Under the pieces are notes generated by a model. It saw nothing but the letters and a program-made list of their open reading frames with translations, was not told the origin of the DNA and searched no databases. A stretch of DNA of 64,000 nucleotides, from NCBI GenBank assembly GCA_963422365.1, contig OY729426.1, positions 1,600,001 to 1,664,000 of the forward strand, written 5' to 3'. A program made the position numbers and the translations under genes. The stretch comes from Nitrospirales bacterium. GTDB lineage: Bacteria; Nitrospirota; Nitrospiria; Nitrospirales; UBA8639. Each line of letters begins with the position of its first letter. The stretch's first letter is position 1. Below, one piece after another: positions 49,675 to 61,963 of the stretch.

Positions 49675-52600
49675 CTCGAAGTCGCAGCAGAGGTGAGAGA
49701 TTCCGCCGTGCTGCTGGCATCGGTCCAACTCACGGTGACGGTGATGGCCGCCCCGACATCGGCCTGCGTCAGAATGTAGGTTCCACTGGTGGCGCCTACG
49801 ATGGCAGTGCCATCGCGTTTCCATTGGTAGCTGAACGTCGGACTGCTCGGCCCGTCCGGGTCGACGATCGTGCTGGTCACCGCGGTCAGTGTCTCTCCCT
49901 GGGTCACCGTGCCGGTGAGGGTAACGGCCCCGGTCGGCGGGTCGTTGACGTTCGCCACGTTCGACGTTGCAGCAGAGGTGAGGGTCTCCACGGTGCTGCC
50001 ACTGTCGGTCCAGCTCACGGTGACGGTGATCGGAGCCCCGACGTCGGCCTGCGTCAGGGTGTACGTCGCCTGGGTGGCGCTGCTGATGGCAGACCCATCG
50101 CGCGTCCACTGGTAGGTGAACGTCAGACTGTCAGGGCCGTCCGGGTCGGAGATCGTGCTGGTGTCTGCGGTCAGTGTCTCTCCCTGGGTCACCGTCCCCG
50201 TGATGGTGACGGCCCCGGTCGGCGAGTCGTTGGTGTTCGCCACGTTCGCTGTCGCAGCAGAGGTGAGGGTCTCCACGGTGCTGCCGGCATCGGTCCAGCT
50301 CACGGTGACAGTGATGGCCTTCCCGACGTCGGCCTGCGTCAGGGTGTAGGTGCGGCCGGTGGCGCTGCTGATGTCCGCCCCGCCGCGTTTCCATTGGTAG
50401 GTGAAGGTTAGACTGCTCGGGCCGTCCGGGTCGGAGATACCGGAGGTCTCTGCGGTCAGTGTCTCTCCCTGGGTCACCATCCCGGTGATGGTGACGGCCC
50501 CGGTCGGTGCGTCGTTGGTGTTCGCCACGTTCGCTGTCGCAGCAGAGGTGAGGGTCTCCATGGTGCTGCCACTGTCGGTCCAGCTCACGGTGACGGTGAT
50601 CTTGGCCCCGACGTCGGCCTGCGTCAGGGTGTAGGTGCGGCCGGTGGCGCTGCTGATGGCAGACCCGCCCCGCTTCCACTGGTAGGTGAACGTCAGACGG
50701 CTCGGGCCGTCCGGGTCGGAGATCGTGCTGGTGTCTGCGGTCAGTGTCTCTCCCTGGGTCACCATCCCGGTGATGGTGACGGCCCCGGTCGGTGCGTCGT
50801 TGAAGTTCGCTACGTTCGACGTTGCAGCAGAGGTGAGCGACTCCACGGTGCTGCCGGCATCGGTCCAGCTCACGGTGACAGTGATGGCCTTCCCGACGTC
50901 GGCTTGCGTCAGAACGTAGGTCGCCTGGGTGGCGCTGCTGATGGCAGACCCATCGCGCGTCCACTGGTAGGTGAACGTTAGACTGCTCGGGCCGTCCGGG
51001 TCGGAGATGCCGGAGGTGTCTGCGGTCAGTGTCTGGCCCTGGGTGGCCGTGCCGGTGATGGTGACAGCCCCGGTCGGCGAGTCGTTGGTGTTCGCCACGT
51101 TCGCTGTCGCAGCAGAGGTGAGCGACTCCACAGTGCTGCCGGCATCGGTCCAAGTCACGGTAACGGTGATGGCCGCCCCGATATCGGCCTGCGTCAGGGT
51201 GTAGGTGCGGCCGGTGGCGCTGCTGATGGGATTCCCGCCGCGCGTCCACTGGTAGGTGAACGTCAGACGGCTCGGGCCGTCCGGGTCGGAGATGCCGGAG
51301 GTGTCTGCGGTCAGTGTCTGGCCCTGGGTCGCCGTCCCCGTGATGGTGACAGCCCCGGTCGGCGAGTCGTTGGTGTTCGCCACGTTCGCTGTCGCAGCAG
51401 AGGTGAGCGACTCCACAGTGCTGCCGGCATCGGTCCAAGTCACGGTGACGGTGATGGCCGCCCCGACGTCGGCTTGCGTCAGCACGTAGGTGCGGCCGGT
51501 GGCGCTGCTGATGTCCGCCGCGCCGCGTTTCCATTGGTAGGTGAACGTCAGACTGCTGGGGCCGTCGGGGTCGGAGATCGTGCTGGTATCCGCGGTCAGT
51601 GTCTGGCCCTGGGTCACCGTGCCGGTGATGGTAACGGCCCCGGTCGGCGAGTCGTTCAAGTTCGCCACGTTCGATGTTGCAGCAGAGGTGAGGGTCTCCA
51701 CGGTGCTGCCGGCATCGGTCCAAGTCACGGTGACGGTGATGGCCTTCCCGACGTCGGCCTGCGTCAGCACGTAGGTGCGGCCGGTGGCGCTGCTGATGGG
51801 ATTCCCGCCGCGCGTCCATTGGTAGGTGAAGGCCAGACGGCTCGGGCCGTCCGGGTCGGAGATCGTGCTGGTGTCTGCGGTCAGTGTCTGGCCCTGGGTC
51901 ACCGTGCCGGTGATGGTGACGGCCCCGGTCGGCGGGTCATTCACGTTCGCTACGTTCGCTGTCACCGCCGAGGTGAGGGTCTCCACGGTGCTGCCGGCAT
52001 CGGTCCAAGTCACGGTGACGGTGATCGGAGCCCCGACATCGGCCTGCGTCAGGGTGTAGGTGCGGCCGGTGGCGCTGCTGATGGGATTCCCGCCGCGCGT
52101 CCACTGGTAGGTGAACACCAAATTACTGGGGCCGTCCGGGTCGGAGATCGTGCTGGTCACTGCGGTCAGTGTCTGGCCCTGGGTCACCGTCCCGGTGATA
52201 GTGACGGCCCCGGTCGGCGAGTCGTTCAAGTTCGCCACGTTCGACGTTGCAGCCGAGGTGAGGGTCTCCACGGTGCTGCCGGCATCGGTCCAAGTCACGG
52301 TGACGGTGATCGGAGCCCCGACGTCGGCCTGCGTCAGAACGTAGGTCGCCTGGGTGGCGCTGCTGATGGCAGACCCATCGCGCGTCCACTGGTAGGTGAA
52401 CGTCAGACGGCTGGGGCCGTCCGGGTCGGAGATACCGGAGGTGTCTGCGGTCAGTGTCTGGCCCTGGGTCACCGTCCCGGTGATAGTGACGGCCCCGGTC
52501 GGTGCGTCGTTGAGGTTCGCTACGTTCGCCGTCGCAGTCGAGGTGAGGGTCTCCACGGTGCTGCCGGCATCGGTCCAAGTCACGGTGACGGTGATGGCCG

Positions 52601-54785
52601 CTCCGACGTCGGCCTGCGTCAGGGTGTACGTCACTTGGGTGGCGCTGCTGATGTCAGACCCATCGCGCGTCCATTGGTAGGTGAAGGCCAGACTGCTGGG
52701 GCCGTCCGGATCGGAGATCGTGCTGGTATCCGCGGTCAGTGTCTGGCCCTGGGTCACCGTGCCGGTGATGGTAACGGCCCCGGTCGGCGAGTCGTTTATG
52801 TTCGCTACGTTAGACGTCGCATCAGAGATGAGGGTCTCCACAGTGCTGCCAGCATCGGTCCAGCTTACGGTGACGGTGATGGCTGCCCCGACGTCGGCTT
52901 GCGTCAGCACGTAGGTGCGGCCGGTGGCGCTGCTGATGTCCGCCGCGCCGCGTTTCCATTGGTAGGTGAAGGTCAGACTGCTGGGGCCGTCGGGGTCGAC
53001 TATCGTGCTGGTATCCGCGGTCAGTGTCTGGCCCTGGATCACCGTGCCGGTGATGGTAACGGCCCCGGTCGGCGAGTCGTTTACGTTCGCTACGTTAGAC
53101 GTCGCATCAGAGATGAGGGTCTCCACAGTGCTGCCAGCATCGGTCCAGCTTACGGTGACGGTGATGGCCGACCCGACGTCGGCCTGCGTCAGCACGTAGG
53201 TGCGGCCGGTGGCGCTGCTGATGGCCGCCGCGCCGCGTTTCCATTGGTAGGTGAAGGTCAGACTGCTGGGGCCGTCGGGGTCGACTATCATGCTGGTCAC
53301 TGCGGTCAGTGTCTGGCCCTGGGTGGCGGTGCCGCTGATGGTGACGGTGCCGGTCGGCGGATCGTTAGCGTTGGTTACACTCGCTGTCGCAACAGAGGTG
53401 AGAGACTCTGATGCCCCATGAGCATCGGTCCAACTCACGGTGACGGTGATCTTGGCCCCGACGTCGGCTTGCGTCAGGGTGTAGGTGCTACTGGTGGCGC
53501 TGCTGATGGCCGCCGCGCCGCGTTTCCATTGGTAGGTGAAGGTTAGATTGCTGGGGCCGTCGGGGTCGGAGATCGTGCTGGTATCCGCGGTCAGTGTCTG
53601 GCCCTGGGTCACCGTGCCGGTGATGGTAACGGCCCCGGTCGGCGGGTCATTAGCGTTGGTTACACTCGCTGTCGCAGTCGAGGTGAGGGTCTCCACAGTG
53701 CTGCCAGCATCGGTCCAGCTTACGGTGACGCTGATGGCTGCCCCGACGTCGGCTTGCGTCAGTACGTAGGTGCGGCCGGTGGCGCTGCTGATGGCCGCCG
53801 CGCCGCGTTTCCATTGGTAGGTGAAGGTTAGATTGCTCGGGCCGTCGGGGTCGACTATCGTGCTGGTATCCGCGGTAAGCGTCTGACCCTGGGTGGCGGT
53901 GCCGGTGATGGTGACAGCCCCGGTCGGTGAGTCGTTGAGGTTCGCTACGTTAGACGTCGCATCAGAGATGAGGGTCTCCACAGTGCTGCCAGCATCGGTC
54001 CAGCTCACGGTGACGGTGATGGCTGCCCCGACGTCGGCTTGCGTCAGAACGTAGGTGCGGCCGGTGGCGCTGCTGATGGCCGCCGCGCCGCGTTTCCATT
54101 GGTAGGTGAAGGTTAGATTGCTGGGGCCGTCGGGGTCGGAGATCGTGCTGGTATCCGCGGTAAGCGTCTGACCCTGGGTGGCGGTGCCGGTGATGGTGAC
54201 AGCCCCGGTCGGTGAGTCGTTGAGGTTCGCTACGTTAGACGTCGCAGTTGAGGTAAGTGATTCGGCAGTGCCGCCGCCGTCGGTCCAGCTTACGGTGACG
54301 GTGATGGCCGACCCGACGTCGGCTTGCGTCAGCACGTAGGTGCGGCCGGTGGCGCTGCTGATGGCCGCCGCGCCGCGTTTCCATTGGTAGGTGAAGGTTA
54401 GATTGCTCGGGCCGTCGGGGTCGGAGATCGTGCTGGTATCCGCGGTAAGCGTCTGACCCTGGGTGGCGGTGCCGGTGATGGTGACAGCCCCGGTCGGTGA
54501 GTCGTTGAGGTTCGCTACGTTAGACGTCGCAGTTGAGGTAAGTGATTCGGCAGTGCCGCCGCCGTCGGTCCAGCTTACGGTGACGGTGATGGCCGACCCG
54601 ACGTCGGCTTGCGTCAGCACGTAGGTGCGGCCGGTGGCGCTGCTGATGGCCGCCGCGCCGCGTTTCCATTGGTAGGTGAAGGTTAGATTGCTGGGGCCGT
54701 CGGGGTCGACTATCGTGCTGGTGTCTGCGGTCAGTGTCTGGCCCTGGGTGGCGGTGCCGCTGATGGTGACAGCGCCGGTCGGGAC
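49675..54785 (-). repeat. 18 tandem 285-bp coding repeats (GAVTITGT.TQGQTLTA...DPDG...TYQW)
   Basis: Exact 285-bp periodicity (49826, 50111 ... 54671); two further copies at ~56800-57350. Confidence 0.95.
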
Positions 54786-56795
54786 GCCGTTATCGTCATC
54801 GGTCAGGGTGACGGCGACGCTGGCGATGCTCACTGAGTTGTAGCCGCCGCCAGAGGCTGCATGGGTGATGGTGGTACTTCGTTCCCCATCGCTGCTGTCG
54901 TCCACCCCGGTAACGGTGATGGTCTGTGCCGCATTCCAGGTGCTGGTGGTAAAGGTCAGGGCCGCAGACACGGTGGCCACGCCGGTATTACTGCTGGTGG
55001 GGGTGACGGTGACGGTACCAGTCGGCCGGGTGTTGAGTTTTACGGTGTAGGTGGCGGTGCGCCCGGCGCTGGCTTCGGTGACGGTAACACTGGTTTTGGA
55101 TAAGGTGACACCGGCGGTGTCGTCATCGGTCAGGGTGACACTGACGCTGGGGATGACCACTGCGTTGTAGCCGCCGCCAGCGGCTGCATGGGTGATGGTG
55201 GTACTGCGTTCCCCATCGGTGCTGTCGTCCACGCCGGTGACGGTGATGGTCTGCGCGGCGTTCCAGTTGGTAGTGGTAAAGGTCAGGGCCGCAGATACGG
55301 TGGCCACGTCGGTATTGCCGCTGGTGGGGGTGACGATGACGTTGCCCGAGGGTTGGGCGTCCAGTACCACAGTGTAGGTGTTGGTATTACTGTTGCCACT
55401 GGCTTCGGTGACGGTGACGCTGCTTTTGGATAAGGTGACGCCGGCGTCATCATCGGTGTTGATCACCGATACGTCCACTGGGTCAATGGCGCCGTAGAGA
55501 GAGTCTAAACTGTCGGCCTTGGCCAGTACGATGTTATAGGATTGATCCCCGTCGCCCAGGCTGTCATCCACACCGGTGACGGTGACCGTCTGTGGGGTAT
55601 TCCAGTTGGAATCGGTGAAGACTAAGCTGCTCTTGTCAACCCTACCTTCACTGCTGTCGGAACTGGATACGGCGATTCTGACATTCTCTTTCGGCTTGGT
55701 GTCCAGCACGACCGTGAAGGTGTCAGTGTCGCCGGCTTCGGTGGTGGCAGTGCTGCCATTGGTCTCGGTGACGGTGATACCTGCGGTGTCGTTGTCGTTA
55801 TATAGCACTGCTATAGATCGCCGGTTTTTATGGTCCTGCTGAGAACCGTAGCCACCACCGGACAGAAAATGCCAGACAAAAATGATGCGTTGATCGCCAT
55901 TATCGACTTGGTTATCCACGACGGTGACGGTTACGGTCTGCGGGGTATTCCAGGTGGATGAAGTGAAGGTCAGGGAGGCCGGTGACACGGTGATTTCATT
56001 AGGGAAATTATTATTGACTGATACGTTCACGTCCGCAGGTGGTTGTTCATTCATTTTCACGGTGTAGGTGCCTGTGCTCGACAGTCCTCCGCGTCCTCCT
56101 TCTGCCAGAGACAGACTGGATTCGGAAAGTGTGAAGCTGGTGTCGTCATCGGTCAGGGTGACACTGACGCTGGGGATGACCACTGAGTTGTAGCCGCCCC
56201 CAGAGGCTGCATGGGTGATGGTGGTGGCTCTATCCACAATGCTGCTGTCATCGATACCGGTGACGGTGATGGGCTGTGCCGTATTCCAGTTGGTAGTGGT
56301 AAAGGTCAGGGAGGCCGGGGAGACTCTGGCCACACTGGTATCGCCGCTGGTGGGGGTGACGGTGACGGTGCCCAAGGGTTGGGCGTCCAGTACCACAGTG
56401 TAGGTGGTGCTACGCCCAGCGCTGGCTTCGGTGACGGTGACACTGGTTTTGGATAAGGTGACGCCGGCGGTGTCGTCATCGGTCAGCGTTACCGCTACGT
56501 CGTCGATGCTCACTGAACTGTAGCCACCGCCAGAGATTGCATGGGTGATGGTGGTACTTCTATCAGCATCACTTCTATCATCCACACCGGTGACGGTGAT
56601 GACCTGTGCCGTATTCCAGTTGCTGGTGGTAAAGGTCAGGGCCGTGGACACGGTCGCCACACTGGTATCGCTGCTGGTCGGCGTGACGGTCACCTCGCCA
56701 GTCGGCTGGGTGTCGAGCACTACGGTGTAGGTGACGGTGCGCCCAGTGCTGGCTTCGGTTACCGTGACACTGGTTTTGGATAACGTGACGCCGGC
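54786..56795 (-). repeat. Six ~110-aa Calx-beta-like repeats ending in DDD/DND
   Basis: GVTLSKTSVTVTEA...YTVVLD.QP...LTFT..NWNT.Q..TVTG.DD...DDD. Confidence 0.8.
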
Positions 56796-57349
56796 GACCG
56801 AAGTAGCCGCAGAGGTGAGAGTCTCCACGGTGCTGCCAGCATCGGTCCAGCTCACGGTGACGGTGATCTTGGCCCCGATGTCGGCTTGCGTCAGGATGTA
56901 GGTGCGGCCGATGGCGCCGCTGATGTCAGTGCCATCGCGTTTCCATTGGTAGCTGAACGTCAGACTGCTCGGGCCATCCGGGTCGGAGATCGTGCTGGTG
57001 TCTGCGGTCAGTGTCTGGCCCTGGGTGGCGGTGCCGGTGATGGTGACAGCCCCGGTCGGCGGGTCATTCACGTTCGCCACCTTCGCCGTCGCAGTCGAGG
57101 TGAGGGTCTCCGCCGTGCCGCCCCCGTCAGTCCAGCTCACGGTGACAGTGATCTTGGCCCCGATGTCGGCTTGCGTCAGGGTGTAGGTGCGGCCGGTGGC
57201 ACCGCTGATGGCAGTCCCGCCGCGTTTCCATTGGTAGGTGAAGGTCAGACTGTCAGTGCCAGGGACGTCCGGGTCGGAGATGCCGGAAGTGTCCGCGGTC
57301 AGTGTCTGTCCCTGGGTCACCGTCCCGGTAATGGTGAAGATGCTGCTCA

Positions 57350-59950
57350 GGGTGACGGGCACGAACTCGGACTCCTCTCCTGTAACACTGCCTGCCACCG
57401 CACGGATCTCGAAACCATACCTGACGCCGTTGGTCAGACCCGTTACCACGTATCTGGTGGTGTCCTTTCCACTCCCTGGTATGTCAGTCCAAGGACCCTC
57501 AGTAAAACCACCGCCATCAAACACGAAACGATGCTTTTTGAGCTGATACCCGGTGATGGTGGGATTGTTCGGATTATCCCAGGTCAACGTCACCTGAGAG
57601 TCACCGGCCATCGCCTTGAGTCCGACAGGCGGCGACACAGGCGTCGCACTGACGGGATCGGACGGCGTCCTTGTAACAGCGCCTACCATCGCACGGATAC
57701 GGAAACTATACCTCACGCCGTTGGTCAGACCCCTTACCACGTGGCTGGTGGTGCTTGATCCACTCCCCGATATGTCAGTCCAACTCCCACTCTCGCTACT
57801 GCCAGTCCACTGCTTGATCTGATACCCGGTGATGGAAGCGTCATTCGGATTACTCCAGCTTAACGTCACCTGAGCGTTGCCCGGCGTCGCTGTCACAATA
57901 GGCTTGTCTGCCACAGGCGTCGCGCTGGCGACATCCGACCCCATCCCCGGAACACGACCCGCCATCGCACGAATACGGAAATGATACCTCACGCCGTTGG
58001 TCAGACCCGGCACCGTGTATGTGATCGTGTCCTTCCCACTCCCCAATATGTCAGTCCAACGCCCTCTCTCGCTACTGCCCGTCCACCGCTTGATCTGATA
58101 GCCGGTGATGGAAGCGTCATTCGGATTACTCCAACTCAACCTCACCAGACTGTCGCCCGCCGGCGTCGCTGTAACAGCAGGCTTGTCCGGCTGTACCGCT
58201 GGCGTCTCACTGACGGGATCGGACGGCGTCCCTGAAGCATTGGTACCTGTCACCGCACGGATACGGAAACTATATCTCACGCCGTTGGTCAGACCCCTTA
58301 CCACGTGGCTGGTGGTGCTTGATCCACTCCCCGATATGTCAGTCCAACTCCCACTTTCGCTACTGCCCGTCCACTGCTTGATCTGATACTTGGTGATCGA
58401 AGCGTCATTCGGATTACTCCAGCTTAACGTCACCAGAGCGTTGCCCGGCGTCGCCGTCACGGCAGGCTTGTCCGGCACCGGCATTGCGCTGACGGGATCT
58501 GACTCCACCCCTGGGAAAAGACCCACCATCGCACGGATACGGAAACTATACCTCACGCCGTTGGTCAGGCGCCCCACCACGTGGCTGGTGGTGCTCGATC
58601 CACTCCCCGATATGTCAGTCCACTCCAACTCCCACTCTCGCGACTGCCCGTCCACCGCTTGATCTGATACTTGGTGATGGAATCGTCATTCGGATCACTC
58701 CAACTCAACGTCACCACGCGATCACCCGCACTGGCACTGACGACAGGCTTGTCCAGGAGTACCGCCCTGACGGGATCGGACGGCGTCCCTGCAACATTGG
58801 TACCTGCCACCGCACGAATACGGAAACTGTAACTCTCGCCGTTGGTCAGGCCACTCACCACGTGGCTGGTGGTGCTCGATCCACTCCCCGACATGTCAGT
58901 CCAACTCCCACTCTCGCTACTGCCCGTCCACTGCTTGATCTGATATTTGGTGATGGCAACATCATTCGGATTACTCCAACTCAACGTTACCTGAGCGTCG
59001 CCCGGCATTGGCGTCACGGCAGGCTTGCCCGGCACAGGTGTCGGACTGACGGGAGTGGACGGCGTCCCCGGAACGCTGCAAGTAGAAGTTGTGATTCTCC
59101 CAAAATGACATGTTTCCACCGCACGGATGCGGAAACTGTAACTCACGCCGTTGGTCAGACCCCTCACCACGTGGCTGGTGGTGCTCGATCGACTCCCGGG
59201 AATGTCCTTCCAGCCATTGGCCGGCTCGCGACTGCCCGTCCACTGCTTGATCTGATACCCGGTGATATAGCCTGCGATCCTCGACCAACGTAACGTCACC
59301 TGAGCGTTGCCCGGCGTCGCCGTCACGGCAGGCGCAGCAAGCGGTACCGTAATGATCGTAACGGCAGAGCTGGACTGAGGCCCGGTAGAGGGGCCTGCCA
59401 CCGCACGGATGCGGAATCTATAGATAAGGGTCGTAACAGAGGTGTTGGTCAGACCCCTCACCACGTAGCTGGTGGTGTTCGCATTACTGCCCGGTATGTC
59501 AGTCCACTCCTTCGCACCGCGCTCGGTAGACACTGAATCCCACTGCTTATACTGATACTTGGTGATGGCGGCGTTATTCGGATTATTCCAGATCAACGTC
59601 GCCTGATTGTTCCCTGCTACCGTCCTGAGGCCGGTGGGCTTGCTCGGGCGCGGCGGTGGCGGGGTCGCCGGTGTCGCATTGGCCTCAGACGGTTTCCCTC
59701 CCTTTTTGCCCACCATCCAACGGATTTGGAAACTATACCTGACGCCGTTGGTCAGACCCCTCACTACGTGTCTGGTGGTGCTGGCATCACTGCCCGGTAT
59801 GTTAGGAAATTTAGGAAATTTAGTCCATGCCCCGTTGACATAAATCCGCTGCCTGATCTGATACCCGGTGATGGCGGCGTTATTCGGATTATTCCAGGTC
59901 AACGTCACCTGACCGTCGCCCGCCACCGCCTTGAGACCGGTGGGCGCGGC
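57350..59950 (-). repeat. Nine fibronectin type III repeats
   Basis: P...A..G..QVTL.W.NPN...IT.YQ...W.DI.GS...V.GLTNGV.Y.FRIRA. Confidence 0.9.
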
Positions 59951-60589
59951 TGCCTGAACAACGGTGACCAGCGACAGGAGCAGCGTACCAACCAGGGCAA
60001 GGCTCACCTGCCCCACCGTCACAGAGGGAGCAGCACCCCCCCCTCAATGGCGGGATGGCGCGTCCTTATAGCAAGTAGCTCAGGTATGATGGGGCCCTCC
60101 TCCTGTGACAGGATGCAAATCGAGCCATCGTATCCCATCACGGTCAACGGGTGTCAACCGTCCCTCTTCGTTCTCCCTGAATGCAACACCTCCCTTCCAC
60201 TCACAAGCCGCTATGTGCAAACGGATGGGGCGGCCCCCTCACCCGCCACCGCCCCCCACGGGCTTGCCGCGCCCACGTCCTCTGGCTCCTCGTCGTCGCC
60301 AACAGTCCTCAGATGAAAGCCCGCAGATCTCCAAAAGGGCGTCGCTCTGTGTGTTGAAAAAATTCTGACCTTACAAACGTCGGCACTTATGCTTAAAATG
60401 AAGTTGACGGAAAAAATGAAGACTGGGGAAAAACAACCTCCGAAACTCTGCCTCTAGCAATGGATTTTGTGGTCAGTCGGGTAGCCTGTCCAAGCTGATG
60501 AACGAGAGGGGAGCGGCGACCACGGGTCTATTTTCATGTAGAACTGGCCGCAACGTTGCGCGGCTTGTCGGCGACGACCGGAGGAGTCG

Positions 60590-61963
60590 ATGAAACGCAT
60601 CTTTGGCCTTGAATGTGAATACGGGCTAATCTTTTCTCCTCATGGCCGAGTGAGGCTGCCCGTTGAAAAGATTTTGGGGTATATTTTCGAAGGGTTGATT
60701 CCCAACCGTTGGCCGTCGAACGCTTTTCTGACGAATGGCGCCCGGGTTTACCAAGACACCGGCTGTCACCCGGAATATTCCACACCGGAATGTGATGATA
60801 TTGTCGAGCTGGTGGTTCATGAGAAAGCGGGCGAGCGCCTGCTCGAATCCTGTGTCCCCACGGCCGAAGCGCGTCTTCGAGAAGAAGGCCTTGCCGGCGA
60901 CATCTACATTTTCAAGAATAATACCGACTCCTGGGGGAACACCTATGGGTGCCATGAAAATTTTCTGATGCGGCGCGACGTGGAGTTTGGGAAGGTGGCC
61001 GAGCACCTCATGCCCTTTTTTGTGACGCGCCAAATTTTTGCCGGATCAGGCAAAGTGCTGAAGGTCTCCGGCAAGCCTCACTATTTTCTCTCTCAGCGAG
61101 CCCAGCATATTCACGAACCCACCTCGGCCTCCACCACGTCGTCCCGAAGCATTATCAACACGCGGGATGAGCCGCATGCGGACGCCGAACGGTATCGACG
61201 GCTTCACATCATTCTGGGGGATTCGAATCTGTCGGAGTTTGCCATGTATTTGAAGGCCGGCACGGCGGATCTGGTGCTGTCCATGATCGAAGCCGGGCAC
61301 TTGGTCAAGGGCATTGAATTAGAAGATCCCGTCAAGGCCCTCCGGGACATTTCCCGTGACCCCACGTTGAGACAAAAGGTGAAGCTGGAGGATGGCCGGG
61401 AATGCTCCGCGTTGGATATTCAGCGGCTGTATTGGGAGCAAGCCTCCGAGTTTCTCCTCACGCAACCCTACGATCAGGTGACAGCGGACGTCTTGAAAGA
61501 ATGGGAACGGGTCTTAACGGCCTTGGAGGCTGATCCCATGCAACTGGTGCGAGAGATTGATTGGGTCACCAAACAATGGCTGATCCAAGCGTATCTCGAC
61601 CGAAAAGGGGGCGGGTGGGATGACCCGCGTGTGGCGATGATGGATCTGCAATATCACGACGTGAACCGGAAGCGGGGCCTCTATTATCGGTTAGAGGCGC
61701 AGGAGAAGACGGTGAAGCTGGTGGATGAGCGAGCCGTTACCCGCGCCATGGCCGTGCCGCCCCAGTCGACCCGGGCCAAGGTGCGAGGAGATTTTATTCG
61801 CTTTGCCCGTGCCCACAATCGATCCTACACGGCCGATTGGACCTCTTTGAAATTAAATGGATATTGGGAAGAAACGATTTTGTGTCTGGATCCGTTTTGT
61901 GCGGTCAATCGGCGGGTGGATGACTTGCTGGCTCAAGTGCCGGCGGCGAGCCTGGAGCCATGA
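60590..61963 (+). CDS. pafA: Pup--protein ligase PafA
   Basis: RIFGLECEYG, NGAR.Y.D.G.HPEY, NNTDSWGNTYGCHENF, SRSIINTRDEPHAD, TRAKVRG. Confidence 0.93.
   Translation: MKRIFGLECEYGLIFSPHGRVRLPVEKILGYIFEGLIPNRWPSNAFLTNGARVYQDTGCHPEYSTPECDDIVELVVHEKAGERLLESCVPTAEARLREEGLAGDIYIFKNNTDSWGNTYGCHENFLMRRDVEFGKVAEHLMPFFVTRQIFAGSGKVLKVSGKPHYFLSQRAQHIHEPTSASTTSSRSIINTRDEPHADAERYRRLHIILGDSNLSEFAMYLKAGTADLVLSMIEAGHLVKGIELEDPVKALRDISRDPTLRQKVKLEDGRECSALDIQRLYWEQASEFLLTQPYDQVTADVLKEWERVLTALEADPMQLVREIDWVTKQWLIQAYLDRKGGGWDDPRVAMMDLQYHDVNRKRGLYYRLEAQEKTVKLVDERAVTRAMAVPPQSTRAKVRGDFIRFARAHNRSYTADWTSLKLNGYWEETILCLDPFCAVNRRVDDLLAQVPAASLEP

Larger units (their letters stand above)
47526..60022 (-). pseudogene. Giant autotransporter adhesin (~4160 aa if repaired): signal peptide, 9 FN3, 20 Ig-like 95-aa repeats, 6 Calx-beta-like repeats, putative Ig domain, beta-barrel; one frameshift
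   Basis: ORFs 58565-60022 and 47526-58655 join within FN3 #5; an extra 5 bp (cactc, 58621-58625) relative to sister repeats explains the break. C-terminal beta-barrel-like region (FWGTG, GYVGLDY, ELGGRWDNGDAETG). Confidence 0.85.

Noticed and set aside
50131..53411. 562-aa and 645-aa alternative-frame ORFs and the many 77-aa ORFs
   Set aside because: By-products of GC-rich 285-bp coding repeats.
49675..54785. CRISPR array or DGR template/variable repeats
   Set aside because: Repeats are in-frame protein domains without spacers; no cas or reverse transcriptase gene, and no adenine-specific variation noticed.
60036..60043. G8 tract upstream of the adhesin start as a phase-variation switch
   Set aside because: It lies outside the ORF at the likely RBS position; no evidence of length variation from one sequence.
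60389..60457. Small ORF upstream of pafA as a Pup candidate
   Set aside because: About 22 aa, basic, no C-terminal GGE/GGQ.
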